A stretch of DNA of 63,210 nt, filler included, from Rhabdomonas costata (taxonomy: Eukaryota), in NCBI GenBank assembly GCA_019059605.1. It is 45 parts of 45 records of this genome, joined end to end, with 100 filler letters (N's around TTAATTAATTAA, not from the genome) between each part and the next. Parts side by side here need not be neighbours in the genome. Positions count along the whole stretch, not along the records: positions 35,170 to 36,476 come from JAHMHO010019893.1; positions 36,577 to 37,883 come from JAHMHO010019894.1; positions 37,984 to 39,290 come from JAHMHO010019895.1; positions 39,391 to 40,697 come from JAHMHO010019896.1; positions 40,798 to 42,103 come from JAHMHO010019897.1; positions 42,204 to 43,510 come from JAHMHO010019898.1; positions 43,611 to 44,917 come from JAHMHO010019899.1; positions 45,018 to 46,324 come from JAHMHO010019900.1; 37 more parts are not named here. One strand, given 5' to 3'. The notes below the pieces were generated by a model. The model worked only from the letters and a program-made list of their open reading frames with translations. It ran no database searches and had not been told where the DNA came from. The number at the start of each line of letters is the position of its first letter. Positions within the stretch are counted from its first letter, which is position 1. Below, piece after piece: positions 35,070 through 46,641 of this stretch. Both the position numbers and the translations under genes were made by a program.

Positions 35070-35791
35070 NNNNNNNNNNNNNNNNNNNNNNNNNNNNNNN
35101 NNNNNNNNNNNNNTTAATTAATTAANNNNNNNNNNNNNNNNNNNNNNNNNNNNNNNNNNNNNNNNNNNNGGTTGGTGGTCACAATACTTTGTAGTAGCGC
35201 ACCCCATAAGGTGGCCGTGTCAGCCGAGAGTGTGAACCTTCCTAGAGAAGGACAAGCTCGGGGGACTGGGTAGGAAAGTGGACGAACTTTTAGCAAGAAA
35301 TAGACTCTCCGTCTGGATAGTCTCCCTGCGGAGGACGAAAACTTCCAGCCAAAACTTTTCCTTGCAGAACAGAGAGGGAAAGACAAAGGACGCCTTCCGA
35401 TAAGACGAGATGGGTGGGTCTCCTGCAAAACCGCGGGGTTTGCGCGGGACTGTACGAGGAACTGTGCTGAGGTTTCAGAGCTTTCATGCTCACTTGGTTG
35501 CAATTGGTCATCTCTTTGCATTCTCCCGATGATTTGGAGGAAAAAGGAGAGGAGAGGAGAGGAGAGGAGATTTACAATGACCCACACACACAAACCGAAG
35601 CCAAGGAGCAGAGAGGCCGGGCCAAGAAACGAGACCGGGCGAACAGCTGAACTTCGTGCAGATCTCCGTTGTGTGGCGCCACAACTAGCTTGCAGAAAGG
35701 AGTTCATCCGTAGAGACGCGCATGTATGTGTACTGCATAAACAAGCAGAATCTATGGCTCTTTTCTTTGGGTAAGGAGAAGATGTGTATGC

Positions 35792-36022
35792 CTTGCAGTG
35801 CCGGCCCAGAAGAACGTTTGCAGAGCCCTTGACGGCGTTGTGGTTTCCCACCACGTGGTTGGCCTGCCCGATCACTGTGTTGTGGTCCCCGGTGACATGG
35901 TTGGCATCACCCACGACAGTGTTGTGGCTGCCAACGACCTGGTTCGCACTGCCTGTGATGTGGGCGTGGGACACGGTGAACTGCTGGGCCTGACCCCGGA
36001 GCTGCTGCTGGCGAGGCTGCAT
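35792..36022 (-). CDS. N-terminal exon of a protein with 7-aa G-x-x-N-x-V-x beta-roll repeats (ice-binding-protein-like)
   Basis: MQPRQQQLRGQAQQFTVSHAHIT GSANQVV GSHNTVV GDANHVT GDHNTVI GQANHVV GNHNAVK GSANVLL GRHCK. The 3' exon boundary is uncertain (possible GC donor at 35791). Confidence 0.7.
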
Positions 36023-37611
36023 TCGGATTTCGGGGGACCTCCCCCAACAACTCAAGGAAATCGAGCAGACAGAAAAATGCGTGGCAACAGGGTCTGATGA
36101 CAAAAAGAATATTAGCAAGCAGCGCGGGTCCTCGACGGGGTCTCTATTCGACGAAATCAATGCAGCAACAACTCCAGCCACAAAAAATGCTCAGTCGCAG
36201 CAGGCATTGTCGGCTTCACCTCAAAAAGTCACAACCGAAAAAAGCGCACTCTAAAACCAGCACTTTCTCACTTAGGAGCTAAGAGCTAAAAGGGAGTGAA
36301 GAATAACTGGTTTTGACTGGAGGTGTTTTACCTCTTTCCGGCCAGTTTGCTGTGTGTCTAGTCCTTCCTCTTTCTTTTGAAATGACCCTAGCCACATCAC
36401 CCAACGTGGAATGCGGGTTGTGACCACCCTTTGTGCGCTTCAAACTATCGTCAGCCGCGCCACAACATAAATCAAANNNNNNNNNNNNNNNNNNNNNNNN
36501 NNNNNNNNNNNNNNNNNNNNTTAATTAATTAANNNNNNNNNNNNNNNNNNNNNNNNNNNNNNNNNNNNNNNNNNNNTGTTGGGTGGTGGACTCCAAGAGC
36601 TCCTCAGGCGCGGTAACCGCAGCAGCCCGAGGAGCTCTTGGAGTCCACCCTGTCCGGCCCCACGCCCTGTCCTCCTCCGCCGCCGCTGCAGCCAGCCGTG
36701 AGCTTCACACCGCAGTTTCCTCCACACAACCTCTCCCCCTAAGCCCCCCACCTGTTCGCCGGTCCGTGCCCGTGCCTGGTGCCCTTCTCGGACCAAAGCC
36801 ATCAGCACCCGGCACCGTCCCAGTCGCTTTCTCGGCTTCGTCTGCTCCATCGTGGGCACCCGCTGCGGAGGGTGGGCCCTTGGAGCAGCCTCCGAGGATC
36901 CCCAAGCCTGTGCGCAGAACGCCCGCGGCTGCCGCAGCGGCAGCGTTGGCAGTAGCAGAAGGAGGAGGGGAGAGGGTGATTTTTTCAGAGTAGATCCCCC
37001 CACACACACACTGTCAAAAGTGAGAATTCCAGCCGAAACGATAATTCTGCAGAAACTGACCATGAAACCTCAAATGCGAGATGTGATGACCCTCATAACC
37101 TCATAACGTCTTTTTAATGACCAAAAAAGGCTGAGAATTCCCCAAGCACCCCATAAAGTCGCGCGCCATGAGAATAACCATGTCACTATGTCACCTTTCC
37201 AGCACACCGCTCAGTACCTGCTCCTACCAACCATGCTGTTCAAATGCAACCTTTAAGACATTACACAGCACACTTTTTTCCTGGCAAATATCGCATGTAA
37301 GGTAAAAACCCTTCCTTCACAGACAATTCAAAAACTCTCATTTTTAAGGTGGCGTGGGCAATCCAAGCAGAACAGAGATTGCTCTATGTAGATGCACGCC
37401 TACCAGATTCCAAGCAACGCTTCTACGGAAGAAAAAACCCTTTGCCTAAAAAAAATGGACCGCCGCCGCTGCAGCTAGGCCCCTTTCACAGGTAATTAAA
37501 CCGTGGAACACGCTTCTCTTCAGCCCGCTTACCAAAGCCGGTCCACTTTTTTCTTTGGAAAAGACAAAACCGATGAACACAACTCATGCAAAAGAAATCC
37601 AACCCACTAAC

Positions 37612-37843
37612 CAGGGAGCAACGCGTCATAGTTGATCAGCCTCAGATACGTCATGAACATCTTCTGCGCAACCCCAGGGTTGAACTGCGCGGTTACGTCC
37701 TGCGGTTGCAGGGCCTTCCCCACGGAGCGCTGAGAAGCACTCCGCTGAGAAGCAGTATAGTGGGATTCGTTAGTAGCCCAGGAGGCAGGGCTGAAGGCCA
37801 CCACCAGCAGCCCAAGCAAGACAAGGGCAGCACCCCGGGCCAT
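37612..37843 (-). CDS. First exon of a secreted/luminal protein of unknown function
   Basis: Clear signal peptide MARGAALVLLGLLVVAFSPASWA followed by an N-glycosylation sequon (NES). GT donor at 37611. Confidence 0.65.
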
Positions 37844-37992
37844 TGCCGCGAAAAACCCGAGCCAAGAAAGAGTACAACAAAAANNNNNNNNNNNNNNNNN
37901 NNNNNNNNNNNNNNNNNNNNNNNNNNNTTAATTAATTAANNNNNNNNNNNNNNNNNNNNNNNNNNNNNNNNNNNNNNNNNNNNGGGTTTGGG

Positions 37993-38046
37993 TTTACGTG
38001 GAATCGTTTCTTCCTCCTCTTGAAGCACAGCCTGCCTCCCCTGCTG
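37993..38046. other. Inverted copy of 38474-38527 at the contig start (chimeric fold-back)
   Basis: An exact 54-bp reverse complement of coding sequence from the same contig truncates the BEACH ORF and is capped by a G/T-only tail. Confidence 0.9.
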
Positions 38047-39209
38047 TACAGTTCAGCAATAACCTTCGCGGACAAGACGTCGTCGAAAAGGCAAGTTCCA
38101 GCAAGGCAGCCATTGAAGTTGTGGTGAGCATCGAGCCGGTCCCAACCTGCCATATTGGTTCCCACAAAGCAGCAACCAAGCTCTTCCTTTAATCTGCGGG
38201 GATACTTCAAGAGTGACTGGGCAACGGGCATCCCGTTGACGTAAACTTTGGCCTCACTGTGAGCTCCAAGACGACCTTTGCTGACTCCGCAGGTGTGCGT
38301 GATCGCCAAGTGATACCACAGTTTGGTCTGTAGTGGCTGCAAAAGAGCTTGTTCGTATAGGTCTTTCTCGCGTTTCACACGGACAGTGAGACACCCATTT
38401 TGAAAATAGGCCTCAACTCCAAGCCCACCTTCAGTAAGGAAGCTGTAAAGACACGGGGTAAATCCTGAACTGCCAGCAGGGGAGGCAGGCTGTGCTTCAA
38501 GAGGAGGAAGAAACGATTCCACGTAAATCCAAGTCGCAAACGAGTAGCCATTGGGTGACGGCCAACCCTTGAAATCGGGCAGCCGGATGCCTGAGTCCAA
38601 CCCATCAAACGCAAAGAAAGGACAGCTGGGCGAGAGACCCGAAACAAGCAGCTGCTGCGTAGTACGGTCTTTTCGCGCTGAGCTGGACTCCTCACACATT
38701 GGAGACCCAGGAGACCACCACTTCGTTTTAGTTTTTGTTGCGACACCTTCGCTACCTGCAGCTACTTGGGTTTGTGGCATCGCTGAAGGAAGCGGAACAT
38801 CCTTGATATTCTCCTCCTCAAGACCTCCAAGAACATTTATGATCGCGGGGAGAAGCCAAAGACGTTTCTCTCGCGACTGCCCCTTCAAGGTGCGGAGAAG
38901 TTGCTTTACCTGTTGCCCGGAAACGTGGTGACGCCAGAGAAGCTGCAGGCACCCACCAATGCTTTCGACCTGGTTCACATTTTGGGCACGGGAGATCGCC
39001 CGAACAAGGGTGTCAGTCACATCTGAATCATAGCCCTTAACCAAGTTACCTAGAGAAGAGCTGAAAATCTGCTTGAAGCTCGCCAGAAACTGGTCAATTT
39101 CTGTGGTATTAGACTGCCACTCACCGCAGAACCGCAGTCCCAAAACAACGGGCAGCAGGTGGTCCTTCTGAAGTGTTCGTTGATCGCCGGAAACAAAAGT
39201 GACCATCAC
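38047..39209 (-). CDS. BEACH-domain protein (neurobeachin/LRBA/Lvs-like), N-terminal ARM-like region plus concanavalin-A/LamG-like domain; one long exon, truncated
   Basis: FFAFDGLDSGIRLPDFKGWPSPNGYSFATWIYVE...PCLYSFLTEGGLGVEAYF...KLWYHLAITH...KVYVNG...LKYP is the characteristic ConA-like domain of neurobeachin-family proteins. AG acceptor at 39210-39211. Confidence 0.88.
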
Positions 39210-39390
39210 CTACCATTTCCCCTCTCCAGAGCTGAGGAGCTGAGAGCCTGAACAGCCCCCTCACACGGACACATTCACGAACACCCACACNNNNNNNNNN
39301 NNNNNNNNNNNNNNNNNNNNNNNNNNNNNNNNNNTTAATTAATTAANNNNNNNNNNNNNNNNNNNNNNNNNNNNNNNNNNNNNNNNNNNN

Positions 39391-40500
39391 TGTTTTTGGG
39401 GAGTGCACCAGGGCAAGGTGCGGTGGCTCACCCACTGGGTGCCCAGTCTGAACTTCGCGGAGCTGCTGGGCTGGGTGGGTCTGCTTTTTTTTTTTGCTGC
39501 AGATGCTCATATCAATTGGTTGGTGGTCCATTCCACGAAACCTCTCACTGTCTGGTCCATGCTCTCGGAGAGTATCCGTCCTCATTGGACATCTGCATCA
39601 GGTTGAGAGCACATTTTTAAGTGAAAATCCATACTTTGAAGCGCTCATAGTACGTGAAGCCTTTGAGCCCCATCTCCGACTTTCACTCGGTGTCTGTGAG
39701 ATGTCCTCGCTTTTTTTTTGTCTAGGGAGTTCACCCCCTCCAGAGGGAACTGCTGTTTTGGGATGTGCTGAACTTCGGCAGCTACCCTGATGCAGGGCTG
39801 TCCAATTGGGTGCTGGGTGCTGCCGGACGGGCCATTCGCATTGACTGGGACAATCCCTACATGAGCGTGCTCAAGGGTCCTCTCACACTTGCCCCCGCCC
39901 CGTCGCCCAGGCAACGTCCTTTTTGGTTTTTGGCCGACCTTCTGGATTTGTGCCTGACAGCGGCTCGCCAGAAATATCTTCTGTGCGCTCAAGGGAAATC
40001 AGTCTGTTGGCAGCTTGACGCTTTGACATGTGGCTTTTTCATGATGTCTTGACCCAAGATGTTTGAGTCCTGTCATCCGTGAGAGTTTCAGAGCGTACCT
40101 AATTTGCTGCGCGACTGATGCGTCTAACGGTGATGCTGGTCAGCCCCCCCCCCCAAAAAAAAAGCACACACGTACGGCCGATCTCCCCCCAGGTGACAGC
40201 GGTGGTGTGCTATGTTGGGGGCTGGTATCTCTTCTCGTCCCCCTGCAGCGGCCGATTTTTTTCTTCACAGGGTCCACGTACATTAGGGCCATGCTGGGGC
40301 AGTTCTGCTTTGTCCGCCCCCCCATCTTCCCGGGAGGATGCGAACCCTGCTGCGGGGCGTGTGTGCGGCATGAGTGGGGTAACCACTCCGTCCCGGAGGC
40401 TTGCCACGCCTGCCACACGTGCAGCTTGAATGTGCTGCGGCCGAAGGTCACTGCTGCTAGCCTGCACTCTCTGCTGGGCACCACCTTGGAAAAAGCCGAG
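39391..40500 (+). CDS. Divergent kinase-like protein fragment (possibly Four-jointed/FAM20-like secretory kinase fold); exons 39391-39474, 39726-39876, 40271-40500
   Basis: Phase-consistent GT-AG exons give KVRWLTHWVPSL...|...RELLFWDVLNFGSYPDAGLSNWVLGAAGRAIRIDWDN...|...LGQFCF..CEPCCGAC..CHACHTC. The D-x4-N and 'IRID' spacing resembles catalytic and Mg-binding loops. The family call is inference. Confidence 0.45.
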
Positions 40501-42676
40501 GTACCGTGTGAACCCCGTGAAAACGCTTGCCCCTCCATATCTTTCGCTCGTATGGATGGACATACTCATTGTTAAAGATGCAAAAGCACACACGCGCGCA
40601 CATACACATGCCTGATGCGCGCACACACTTCGCCCACATTATGACACCACTAAGGATGTTAATCCAGCAGAAAATGAAGGCATGTCGACACCCAACCNNN
40701 NNNNNNNNNNNNNNNNNNNNNNNNNNNNNNNNNNNNNNNNNTTAATTAATTAANNNNNNNNNNNNNNNNNNNNNNNNNNNNNNNNNNNNNNNNNNNNAAC
40801 TTGCCACCTCTGACTTTGGGTTGGACCTTGGGTTTCATCTTTTGCGAGAAAACACGAAGAAGAAGATATTGTTTGAAAGTTTCACGATCGCATGATCACA
40901 GTTTATGGTTAATTTTTCAGCCACCTCACAACCCTAAGCGAATTTCTCCGTTCATTGCGAATTGGATCTTGGCTCTGCGCCTCTTTTTTTCAGGTAATTG
41001 AGTGATGACTGACTTACACCCCCCAATGCCCCTGCAAAACTTTCAGGTGCCAACTTCCTAAATTGGAATTCAGACATAGCGAACCAACATCGATACATTA
41101 TTTGCACCATTCACTGAACTGTGTTGGCGAAGTGGAATGCATTTCTTCTTCACAGAATCACCATGCCATACCTAAATCGCAACCCCCACCAAACCCAAAA
41201 ATAAAATATTTCTAACCTCAACCAGCGTGTCTGTGAAAATCCTATAAATAACAAATAACACCGAATTTTGGTGTGTTAAAGTTATTCTCCTTTGATGCTT
41301 TGAAGGAAAGCTTTTTTGGCAAATGACCACAGCCGATTCATGACAGAGGAAGACGCGATAGAGAAAGTAACGCCCCCAGGGAAGGGAAACACTCCACAGA
41401 AAACGCACCGCAACGAATGGAGTTTTTGGGATTAAAGGGTTTTCTGGAAGACTGCAGAGAAAACAGAGATCCCTAAGAAGGAAAAGAAATCTTGAGTGAA
41501 CGAACGAAAAGTTGGAGGCCGCATGGGAGAAGCTGGAGAGTTTGGCAACCCTCAGGACACATCGCACGTTGCGCAGTTGTCTTGTTGCAGGAAAAGTTGT
41601 CCAACTGCTGAAAATAAAAACAGAACTCTCTGTATTTTTTTAAAGAAGCAAAAGTCGAAGGAGTGAAAATTTATGGAGAATAAATTGACGGTATTGACGG
41701 AAAAAGACGATATTGTGCAGAAAATGTTGATAGCTGATAGACACTATCGACTTTTTTCCTGTCACTATCACTATATTAAAGGTGATGGTAAAAACTGTGG
41801 TCTTTTTGACCTTGCTATCACCAGGGAGGGAGGGGGGGAGGGACAGTGCCAATGCAAAAGTTCTAGTTGCAGTGGGTCAGATTGGGTCAGATGTTTTGCA
41901 GGGGTGCCATCTGACGCCCTCTGAGGTCTCGAAGTAGTTCATTTCCACAAATGCGTTGCAAAGTTAGCTCACCTACCCGGCTCAATAGACACAAACGATT
42001 AGAAAACCAGAAACTTGCATCTCGCTACGTTTTTCAACTTAAAATGTGACAGATGGCGAAAATCAGTTTCCCCCTGTGCACCCAGACCTTCGGCGTAATG
42101 ATTNNNNNNNNNNNNNNNNNNNNNNNNNNNNNNNNNNNNNNNNNNNNTTAATTAATTAANNNNNNNNNNNNNNNNNNNNNNNNNNNNNNNNNNNNNNNNN
42201 NNNTGTTGTGGGTCAATTTGCTCTCTGCGGAGTTCACAGACATTGGGGTGTGCTTCCACGGCAGCACCTGTAACATTATTCTGGCCTCGCACTACACTGC
42301 AAACGAGGTCGCATATTTCTTCCTCTCACTCAGCCGTAGCGTTTGAATTTTTGGCGGCGACTTTTCCCTTTCCCCACCACGGCGAAGTACAAGAGTCATG
42401 TGGTCGTGATATAGATGTAGTCATGTGGTCGAGATAATGGAGATCCTGTTGCTGTTGTCCGCATGATCTGAAAGTTGCTATAACCCGAAGCTCGTGTGTA
42501 TGAAAATGTGGTTGGGAAATTCTTGGCGTTGGCGCGCAGGGTAATCAGGAATCATCGGTTGCCTGGACTCCTTTCTGGGCCCTCAATGCAGGAGGAGTGT
42601 GTGTGTGTGTGTGTGTGTGCGTGTGTGGTGTATGTGTGCCAGTGGGGGAGGGGGGTGACGGGTGCTGTGTGAGTAG

Positions 42677-43082
42677 GACCTTCCGCTGAAGCTTGGCGCG
42701 CCCAAGCTCCCGTCCAGCTTTGACTACAGCCTCAACTTGAATACGCACAAGTTCCAGGTCATGGCCCCAGCTGCCGTGGAGGAGGCCGTCGCGTCGGACG
42801 TCTTGACTTCCCTTTCTCCCGGTCCTGCACCGTGCCCACCCCGCGCCCTGCAGCATCGGGGGAAAATTTTTTCTTCCAGCGGGCTTGCTCCTGCGCAAGT
42901 GCTCCCCTCTGCCATCTCTAGCTTGCTTTGCACAGTTTGTGACACCATGGGGTTGGGGTGTGCTGGGTTCAGATGCGGCCCTGAACGCGCCCATGGTTAC
43001 CGCGGAGCTGCAGTCCACCACCATGACGTTGAGCTGTATCCAGCCCCAGGACGTAAACTTCACTGTGGAGGGCTCCAATGAC
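42677..43082 (+). CDS. Unknown protein, two internal exons (42677-42821, 42973-43082)
   Basis: GC-rich AG/GT-bounded segments join in phase 1: DLPLKLGAPKLPSSFDYSLNLNTHKFQVMAP...SLSP|DAALNAPMVTAELQSTTMTLSCIQPQDVNFTVEGSND. Confidence 0.45.
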
Positions 43083-44637
43083 GTAAGCTTCTCCCCCACA
43101 CCCTATCCGCATACCCCAACCAGCCCACTGAGGCATGGCCCTCTTCACTTGCCCCAAATGCATTTGATGAAAATTGGGTTGTTGTATTATAGGGATGGGA
43201 GGGCTGCTGTCGGTTGAAATTTCAAATTGAGAAAATCGTCATTTAGGGGGCAGTGGCACACTATACTTAACCCCCTTTACTTAACACTTTACTTAACCCC
43301 CCGGAAAAATAACATCACAGTCGTTGCAGGCTCACTTTACCCAATCCCCGTGCTCGGAAAATCAACTTCACCAAAACATGAAAGGTCCCCGGATTTGGCT
43401 CATCATTCCACTCCGGCGCGGTGGGTGCCCTACACCCCTAAATTAATGTTGTCAAAATTCATCGGCAAAGTTCCAAAAAGCTGAACATCCTCCCGCCCTT
43501 CAGCCCAGGCNNNNNNNNNNNNNNNNNNNNNNNNNNNNNNNNNNNNNNNNNNNNTTAATTAATTAANNNNNNNNNNNNNNNNNNNNNNNNNNNNNNNNNN
43601 NNNNNNNNNNGTTGGTGTGTGAGGCTGTTTAAGAACTTTGTAGGGAGGGGGGGGGGCAGAAGAACCATCTCCACACGGGTATTGAGTCCTGGATTTCCGT
43701 CGCCATTCGAGACTGTGTGAGCCTGTGGCCTCTCGTCCTACTCTTCCTTTCCGCCGCCGAGACGGTTTTGCGCGCCGATCCGCGTTTTCTGTTCTCCACG
43801 TGGCCAGTTTTGTTTGATTTTCCTTGCACGCTGTTTCTAATGCGGGAGGACTATTTGCTCAGCAAGATTCTCCGCTGTTATTGGGATAGGGACGATCGGG
43901 ACGATTGGGAAGGAGGGGTCACTTAGGGATGGGTAAGCAGCGACAGCCAGCAGGTGGAAAACTGGGTGCCCATATTAGTTGTTCAGTGAAATGAGGTTGT
44001 TGGAGCTGAAGGAGACTTTGGATTCTTTTCCTAGTGCAGTTTACATGCGGCGAACCTGTGCTCACAGGGGAACGAGGCACACGATGACAGCACAAAAAGA
44101 TAAATAAGCCGGCTGACGAGAACGAGATTTTCAGACGTGTGTCCCATGTAGACACTGTATATAGAAACCAGGCACTATCTTATGTGCATAAGTCTACGCG
44201 GATAAAATGATTTTTCACAAAAAACCCATCAGAACAATAGAGCGCGTTGTCAGGGACTCCTTGATATGATGTTGCCGCACCACTCTGGCCAAAGTAAATC
44301 TACCCAGGCAAGCTCGGTGTGAACAGTCGTTGGAACTGGACTGGACTGGGGCTTAAAACGTTTACTCAGGAGGCACCCCACAGGTCCGACTCTGCAGCTA
44401 GCCTTCCGTGTCAATCAGCAAAGGCATAGAACTCGGCGGCAGCACATAATCCGCATCGTCTCCTAACTGGGAGACTAGGAACCATTGTGGTACGTCTGTG
44501 ACCTGGATGATGCACACTCAGAACACAGGGGCACAACTCCCTAACTGCCCCCATCTCCAATCAAGTCCCAGTGAGCCTTACTCAGTGGGGCGAGGCTCTA
44601 CCTGAAACCCGGAAATTAAATCCCGGAATTCGGGTCT

Positions 44638-44711
44638 AAAACCAGTGAAAACCACTTAAAAACGAGTAAAAACCACGCAAAACCAATTAAAATGAGTCAA
44701 ACCACTGAAAA
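44638..44711 (+). repeat. Phased A-tract array, about 8 units with 10-bp period
   Basis: aaa|accagtgaaa|accacttaaa|aacgagtaaa|aaccacgcaa|aaccaattaa|aatgagtcaa|accactgaaa|a. Confidence 0.8.
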
Positions 44712-45536
44712 TGCACTCCGAACCATATACGCCGACACCTAACTCCACTTCGGTTGACAGTTGACGGGAGGCTCCTAACACAACGCATTTCTTCGCCTCA
44801 CATGTCCTGGTCCGTGTGTCGCCCCCTCACCTCATGCCATTTCTTCGGTTAAAATTTCTAAATAGAACCACAACTCCCTTTCAGGGGGCGGGTCCGATTT
44901 TGTCACAAACCCACAACNNNNNNNNNNNNNNNNNNNNNNNNNNNNNNNNNNNNNNNNNNNNTTAATTAATTAANNNNNNNNNNNNNNNNNNNNNNNNNNN
45001 NNNNNNNNNNNNNNNNNGATACGAAGGTGTGAAGGTGCAGATGAGGGTTTTGCTATTCTTGCTTACCTCTTTTCCCCACTAGAGTCCTCTGGTGGTTTAT
45101 CGAAATGTGGATGAACACATTTAATTTCGTTCACTGCTGAAGCGGGATGCACCAAACGCTCACTGCAATGGACAAGCCAGGTGATCCATACCCCCAACAT
45201 GTCAATACCAAGCATGCCCCTTGTCTTCCAGCACATGTATGCTCACAGCAGTCGATTCGAGACCTGAGGACAGAACAGAACAAAACCCATGAAAAATACG
45301 AGAAGTACCAAGCGTTCCCTTAACAGAGCAAAAGCAAGTGCCAGAAAGGAATGTACACCAATCTCAGCACGTATCTACAAGAAGAGAGAGAGAGAGAGCC
45401 TTGCATCCTGCAATTACGCAGTTTTCAAGGGGAACAAGTATACACGGCTCACGACAAAGAAAACCAGCACAGAGCACACACACAAAAAAAAAGCAAAAAA
45501 GAAGCATGAAACCACATGGCAAGCACGCTCCGCAGC

Positions 45537-46271
45537 CTAGCGGGTCAGGTCACGGTGAACGAGATTGCCAGTGACGGTACTCGTGGCAACTATCGCGCAG
45601 ACGTAGTAGAAAAGCCCGAGAAACTCGAAGTAGAACGAGATCTTGTAAGGGCGCAGCCCAAACCAGTGCTTCCGCAGCGGCAGCACTTTCATTCCCACGA
45701 AGAACAGAGCCAAGCATGACGCGCTGATCACCAGCAGCAGGAGTTCCACCACCCACTTCCCTCGGTCTGATTGGTAGACCACCAGGTCGTAAATCACAAA
45801 GAGGTACCCCAGAACCAGGCCCACCACCACGGCGCAGTAGTGCAGGAGGCGGTGCCAGAACGGCCGAAACCCCTTTATGAAGATCATCTGGAAGAGCTGC
45901 TCCTCGGGCCCAGGTGCGCTGAAGGGTACGTCCAGGGGAATCATAAAAAGCTCTCGGGCGGTCTTGTTGACAACCAGGGGGAAGATCAGGTTCATAGAAG
46001 AAAACAGGGGGGACAGCGAGCCTAGAATGACCAACCAGTCATTGCCGCTGGCGTAGCCCTGGAGATAATCCCGGGCAATCCCGTTGCCTGCGATGTACGC
46101 CGAGGTAAAGAACGACAACCCGGCGATGAGCAGGATGGTCAGGTAGCTCACCTTGTTGTACCTCTGGGCTACCATCCCGCTGATGCTATCCTCGTTGGTG
46201 ATGGCCAGCATCACGAAGCCCAAAACCCCAAGAAGCACGAAGAAGATTATGTACATCACCAGAAAGTAGAT
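45537..46271 (-). CDS. Multi-pass membrane protein (about 6 TM helices), terminal exon, family not recognised
   Basis: A 245-codon exon follows a CAG acceptor and has alternating hydrophobic segments (IYFLVMYIIFFVLLGVLGFVML; YLTILLIAGLSFFTSAYI; HYCAVVVGLVLGYLFVIY; WVVELLLLVISASCLALFFV; FYFEFLGLFYYVCAIVA). It ends in TAG. Confidence 0.75.
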   Translation of the reverse strand: MYFLVMYIIFFVLLGVLGFVMLAITNEDSISGMVAQRYNKVSYLTILLIAGLSFFTSAYIAGNGIARDYLQGYASGNDWLVILGSLSPLFSSMNLIFPLVVNKTARELFMIPLDVPFSAPGPEEQLFQMIFIKGFRPFWHRLLHYCAVVVGLVLGYLFVIYDLVVYQSDRGKWVVELLLLVISASCLALFFVGMKVLPLRKHWFGLRPYKISFYFEFLGLFYYVCAIVATSTVTGNLVHRDLTR

Positions 46272-46641
46272 CTGCAGCACACTGCTGGGAGGGTCGGCAA
46301 ATCCAAGAGGGAACAACCCCCACCNNNNNNNNNNNNNNNNNNNNNNNNNNNNNNNNNNNNNNNNNNNNTTAATTAATTAANNNNNNNNNNNNNNNNNNNN
46401 NNNNNNNNNNNNNNNNNNNNNNNNTTTGGTGGTTTGGTTTTGAGCTTTCGAGGATGGGCCCTGATGCCCATGTGTTTGGGGCCCGATGTGTTGTGCAACG
46501 GCCACCTTTTTTCGCAGTCGATATTTGACCGCGGCGAGAAAGCCACTCCCACTGAAAGTGGTTTAATGGTTTGGCGAGGTGACAGGAGCAAATGAATCAA
46601 CTCCATTCTTCTTCTTCTTCTTCTTCTTTTTGCTCCGACAG

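Noticed and set aside
35114-36181. The 355-aa ORF as one continuous protein
   Set aside because: It reads through pyrimidine-rich, intron-like sequence and into the N spacer. Only the repeat-bearing part (35792-36022) is supported.
40798-42103. Short ORFs in a lower-GC contig as a possible transposase
   Set aside because: No DDE or other motif and no terminal repeats were found.
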